From Candidatus Poribacteria bacterium (GTDB lineage Bacteria > Poribacteria > WGA-4E > PCPOR2b), in contig OZ240245.1 of the NCBI GenBank assembly GCA_965198175.1, positions 3,680,001 through 3,744,000 on the forward strand: a stretch of DNA of 64,000 bases. The letters are read 5' to 3'. The first letter of the stretch is position 1; every line of letters begins with the position of its first letter. Under the pieces are notes generated by a model. That model searched no databases. It was not told where the DNA came from and worked only from the letters and a program-made list of their open reading frames with translations. The translations under genes and the position numbers were made by a program. Below are positions 61,039 to 64,000 of the stretch, piece after piece.

Positions 61039-61513
61039 TTATTCGTTGACGTAATCTGAACGTAGCTCAAACATGAGCTGACTCACGCGGCTTGCTCGGT
61101 TCGGAAGTTCAGTATTAACAGCCCGTACCTCCTCCGTTTCTTGGTAGGCATTCGCTTCTTCGATGCTCTCAGATTCAAACTCAACGAGTCGATGCGGATT
61201 TTCACCGCGGACATTGTCGTAAGATGCTATCCGTTTGAGTTCCTCGGGAGCTTGCAGTGTGGGTGCAACAGTCACAATCCATGCAATATAGTCGGCATTC
61301 CCACCGACCGGATAGTTGACTAACCACACTAACTTCACTGGAAGCGCTTCCATATCAGATGCAACATCATCCATGGGAGGCATTGTGCCCATTCCATCAT
61401 CCATCTCAGTATCTGTACGTATCCATCAACACATCTCTAGCAGCGTCACAACCGATTGAAGAAACTAGCGCAATCAGAGCAACTAGAAGCATGCTCCCTA
61501 ATTTGCATGTCAT
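61039..61513 (-). pseudogene. Frameshifted putative lipoprotein gene of unknown function
   Basis: ATG 61513 (AGGTG RBS) encodes MTCKLGSMLLVALIALVSSIG-C.. and stops; the 121-aa ORF 61039-61404 continues in another frame (109-nt offset). Confidence 0.6.
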
Positions 61514-61555
61514 CAGTTCACCTATTTTGTGGGGTTAATATAGATTGTTCACGTT

Positions 61556-61604
61556 GTAGGGCATGTTTTCCCTCCAATTACGCCCGCCGCAAACCGGTGC
61601 CTAC
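61556..61604. repeat. GTAG...CTAC REP-like element overlapping the cupin stop codon
   Basis: gtagggca ... tgcctac imperfect inverted ends. Confidence 0.4.
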
Positions 61605-61999
61605 TCATCGAAATGGTAAACTATTTGGTCGAAGCGGTCGCACGCGAAGGAGAACACGAAGACCAGCGGGTCGGTGCTGATACAGCGGACTCCATGTTTG
61701 GCGTTGGACGGGATGTAGACCGCTGAGCCCGGTCCAATCTCCGCTTCGAGATTGTCGATCGCCATGTGACCGCGGCCACTGACGACGTAATATGTCTCCT
61801 CGGGCTCGTGGTGGTGAAGGGGGAGCCGAGTACCGGGTGGGAACTCCGCTACGCCCATGACGAGCCCGCTGCTCGGACTTCTTTCTCCGGTGATTAGAAG
61901 CTTCCAGCAAATCTCACTCTTGGCGGCAATGACCGGATCTTCCCAACCTTCCCAAGCGAGCTCTGCTTGATCGATAATTATGGGTTTTTGCACGCTCAT
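61601..61999 (-). CDS. Cupin domain protein resembling DddW/DddK DMSP lyases
   Basis: WKLLI..SGLVMGVAEFPPG..LHHHEPEETY..GPGSAVYIPSNAKHG..FACDRFDQIVYHF; GGAGG RBS. Confidence 0.7.
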   Translation of the reverse strand: MSVQKPIIIDQAELAWEGWEDPVIAAKSEICWKLLITGERSPSSGLVMGVAEFPPGTRLPLHHHEPEETYYVVSGRGHMAIDNLEAEIGPGSAVYIPSNAKHGVRCISTDPLVFVFSFACDRFDQIVYHFDE

Positions 62000-62047
62000 A
62001 ACTTGCTTCCTCCTTCTACATTGAGCAGACTTGTCACTTCACAGATT

Positions 62048-62914
62048 TTAACCTTCCAAAGCCGCCGCTCCGCTCACAATCTCAGAAATCTCCGTCGTAA
62101 TCTGCGTCTGACGAGCGCGGTTCCGCTGAAGCACTAAATCATCAATCAGCTCGTTCGCGTTGCGTGTTGCATTTTCCATCGCCGCCATCCGCGCCGCTTG
62201 CTCTGCGGCGTTCGAATCCAACAGAACCTTCCACATCTGCATGTTCAGGTGTTTTGCCAATATGGACTGAAAAATCGCCTCTTGTCCCGGCTCATACAAA
62301 TAATCGAGGAAAAGTTCATCGCCGGTTGGCATTTCAGGGGTAAGTGGCAGCAATTGCTCGACCAAAACTGTTTGTAGAATCGCGGATTTAAAATTGTTGT
62401 AGATCACTTCCACCCTGTCGACCTGCTTATCCCGATACAGATGCTCAAACTCCTGTACGATTTCGACAACGGTCTCAAATGCGAGTTGGCGAAAAATGTT
62501 CACATACTCAGCGATGACGTTATAATCGCGCCGTGCGAAATGGTCGCGGGTACGTCTGCCAACACAGATGACCATTACCTCCGCCCCCTGCGCTTGATAG
62601 TGTTGCGTCCGCTGTGCCGTCGTTCGGATCACGTTGCTGTTGAAACTGCCACATAACCCGCGGTCTGCAGAGACGGAGATTAGGCAAACGCGCTTAAGTT
62701 CACGCGATTCTAGCAGCGGATGGGATGGATTTTCGATCTGCGCGATAAGGTGCCCCAAGATTGTATTGAATTTTTCGGCGAAAGGGCGGGTAGCTAGGAT
62801 ATTTTCCTGTGCCCGGCGTAACCTTGCCGCGGCAACCACTCGCATCGCATCTGTCACCTGCGCGATATTCTCAATACTTGCAATACGCCGTCTGATTTCA
62901 CGTAATGTTGCCAT
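62048..62914 (-). CDS. atpG: F1 ATP synthase gamma subunit
   Basis: MATLREIRRRI, ADRGLCGSFN, ARMAAMENAT and NRARQTQITTEI motifs. Confidence 0.96.
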   Translation of the reverse strand: MATLREIRRRIASIENIAQVTDAMRVVAAARLRRAQENILATRPFAEKFNTILGHLIAQIENPSHPLLESRELKRVCLISVSADRGLCGSFNSNVIRTTAQRTQHYQAQGAEVMVICVGRRTRDHFARRDYNVIAEYVNIFRQLAFETVVEIVQEFEHLYRDKQVDRVEVIYNNFKSAILQTVLVEQLLPLTPEMPTGDELFLDYLYEPGQEAIFQSILAKHLNMQMWKVLLDSNAAEQAARMAAMENATRNANELIDDLVLQRNRARQTQITTEISEIVSGAAALEG

Positions 62915-62935
62915 GGTAAACCTCTGAGTCCAGTC

Positions 62936-63142
62936 CTACAATTCCCTTTCCTCAATACAAGAGATTTTCATGTAGTATCTCTGCAAACCTCTCTTGAGTG
63001 TCTTATTCCCGTGAACGGGAACCGAGATTCGAGCAGGGTTTCCGCCTTTGGTGAAAATATGATAGCTGCCCTTAATTCGCTTCAATTGCCAACCTCGCTT
63101 TTCCAATAAGCACCAAAACTTTTCGCCTGTTGCAGATTTCAA
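62936..63142 (-). CDS. hicA: HicA family toxin, probably inactive (GSY instead of GSH)
   Basis: LEKRGWQLKRIKGSYHIF...ISVPVHGNKTLKRG. Confidence 0.8.
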   Translation of the reverse strand: MKSATGEKFWCLLEKRGWQLKRIKGSYHIFTKGGNPARISVPVHGNKTLKRGLQRYYMKISCIEEREL

Positions 63143-63343
63143 TCCGCTATCTCCACCACTTTATCTCTCCCAGTGATTTTTAGGGTTTCGACATCTACAG
63201 ATAAACAATCTTCAACCGCTTCATAGATGTTTTCGATCAATGCGTCAAACGTCTCTCCTTGAGTGGCACATCCTTGCTATTGACGGCACTTCTGCCCAAT
63301 ATCCACCTTCGTCTGCTTCTCGAATGATTAACTTTAGTTTCAA
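63139..63343 (-). pseudogene. hicB: HicB family antitoxin, frameshifted
   Basis: TTG 63343 gives [23 protein letters not shown]; an extra base near 63274; then GCATQGETFDALIENIYEAVEDCL...; 205 nt in total. Confidence 0.8.
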
Positions 63344-64000
63344 TTCGTTACCTTCAATCCTTGTTCACGTTTGAATCGTCCCTTGAAACCTTTTACGGCT
63401 GTGTGCAGACGTTCAATAAGTTCATCACTGAGATTCCCGGCATCAACAATCTCCTTGAGGTCATCTGCGTGGTTTCTTTCCATATGTGCTAGAAATTCTG
63501 ATTCAAACTGCGCCACGTGACTCGTCTCAAGGTCATCTAGATAGCCGTTCGATCCGCAGAAAATTGATGCAATCTGTTTTTCAACGGACATTGGCTCATA
63601 TTGGGGTTGTTTCAGTAATTCAACGAGTTGTTCTCCCCGCCGAAGTTGAGCTTGCGTAGAAGCGTCCAGATCAGATCCAAACTGCGCGAAGGCTGCGACT
63701 TCTCGAAAACTAGCTAAGTCAAGTTTCAACGTCCCCGCAACTTCGTCCGACTTCATGGCTTTAGTTTGTGCATCACCTCCAACACGAGACACCGAGGTGC
63801 CTACATCAATTGCCGGGCGTACGCCTTGGTTGAAGAGCTCCGATGTCAAGTAGATTTGCCCGTCGGTGATCGAAATCACGTTGGTTGGGATGTAGGTGGT
63901 GAGGTCGCCTTCAAAAATCTCAATAATCGGTAAAGCAGTCAGAGACCCGCTGCCTAGGTCATCACTGAGTTTGGCGGCACGCTCCAACAACCGGGAGTGT
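63340..64000 (-). CDS. atpA: F1 ATP synthase alpha subunit (3' part; runs off the window)
   Basis: [37 protein letters not shown] and [10 protein letters not shown] motifs. Confidence 0.96.
   Translation of the reverse strand, partial: HSRLLERAAKLSDDLGSGSLTALPIIEIFEGDLTTYIPTNVISITDGQIYLTSELFNQGVRPAIDVGTSVSRVGGDAQTKAMKSDEVAGTLKLDLASFREVAAFAQFGSDLDASTQAQLRRGEQLVELLKQPQYEPMSVEKQIASIFCGSNGYLDDLETSHVAQFESEFLAHMERNHADDLKEIVDAGNLSDELIERLHTAVKGFKGRFKREQGLKVTN

Overview
Bacterial chromosomal window. It is most likely from Candidatus Poribacteria or a related diderm lineage, inferred from the expanded LamG, TolB/PD40, WD40, TPR and CRTAC1 families and their shared C-terminal tail. The left half (1-32 kb) is mostly transport and housekeeping: a TatT-DctPQM (TPAT-type) TRAP operon, MATE, a metzincin-TPR protein, dehydrogenases, a LolA-like/ABC/outer-membrane operon, a PyrR-attenuated HD-pyrR-pyrC-carA-carB operon lacking pyrB, a long-form GAPDH, rsmB and an orphan sugar ABC ATPase. 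The 32-52.6 kb segment is a co-oriented minus-strand island of exported repeat proteins (3 LamG, 4 TolB-like, WD40, 2 TPR, CRTAC1, FGE-fold, hexaheme cytochrome). Eight of these, from three unrelated families, carry a V-x-P-x-x-K/R-x-x-x-T/S-W-x-x-I/L-K tail, a candidate uncharacterised sorting or assembly signal. The island also shows recombination: a 2.42-kb tandem duplication with identical flanks and a divergent core that repositions a sigma54 promoter, and mosaic LamG paralogs behind a long structured leader. The right end holds atpA-G-D-C, interrupted by a decayed hicBA pair, a DddW/DddK-like cupin and a frameshifted lipoprotein gene. No rRNA, tRNA or CRISPR array was recognised. All family calls come from reading motifs by eye; no searches were run.
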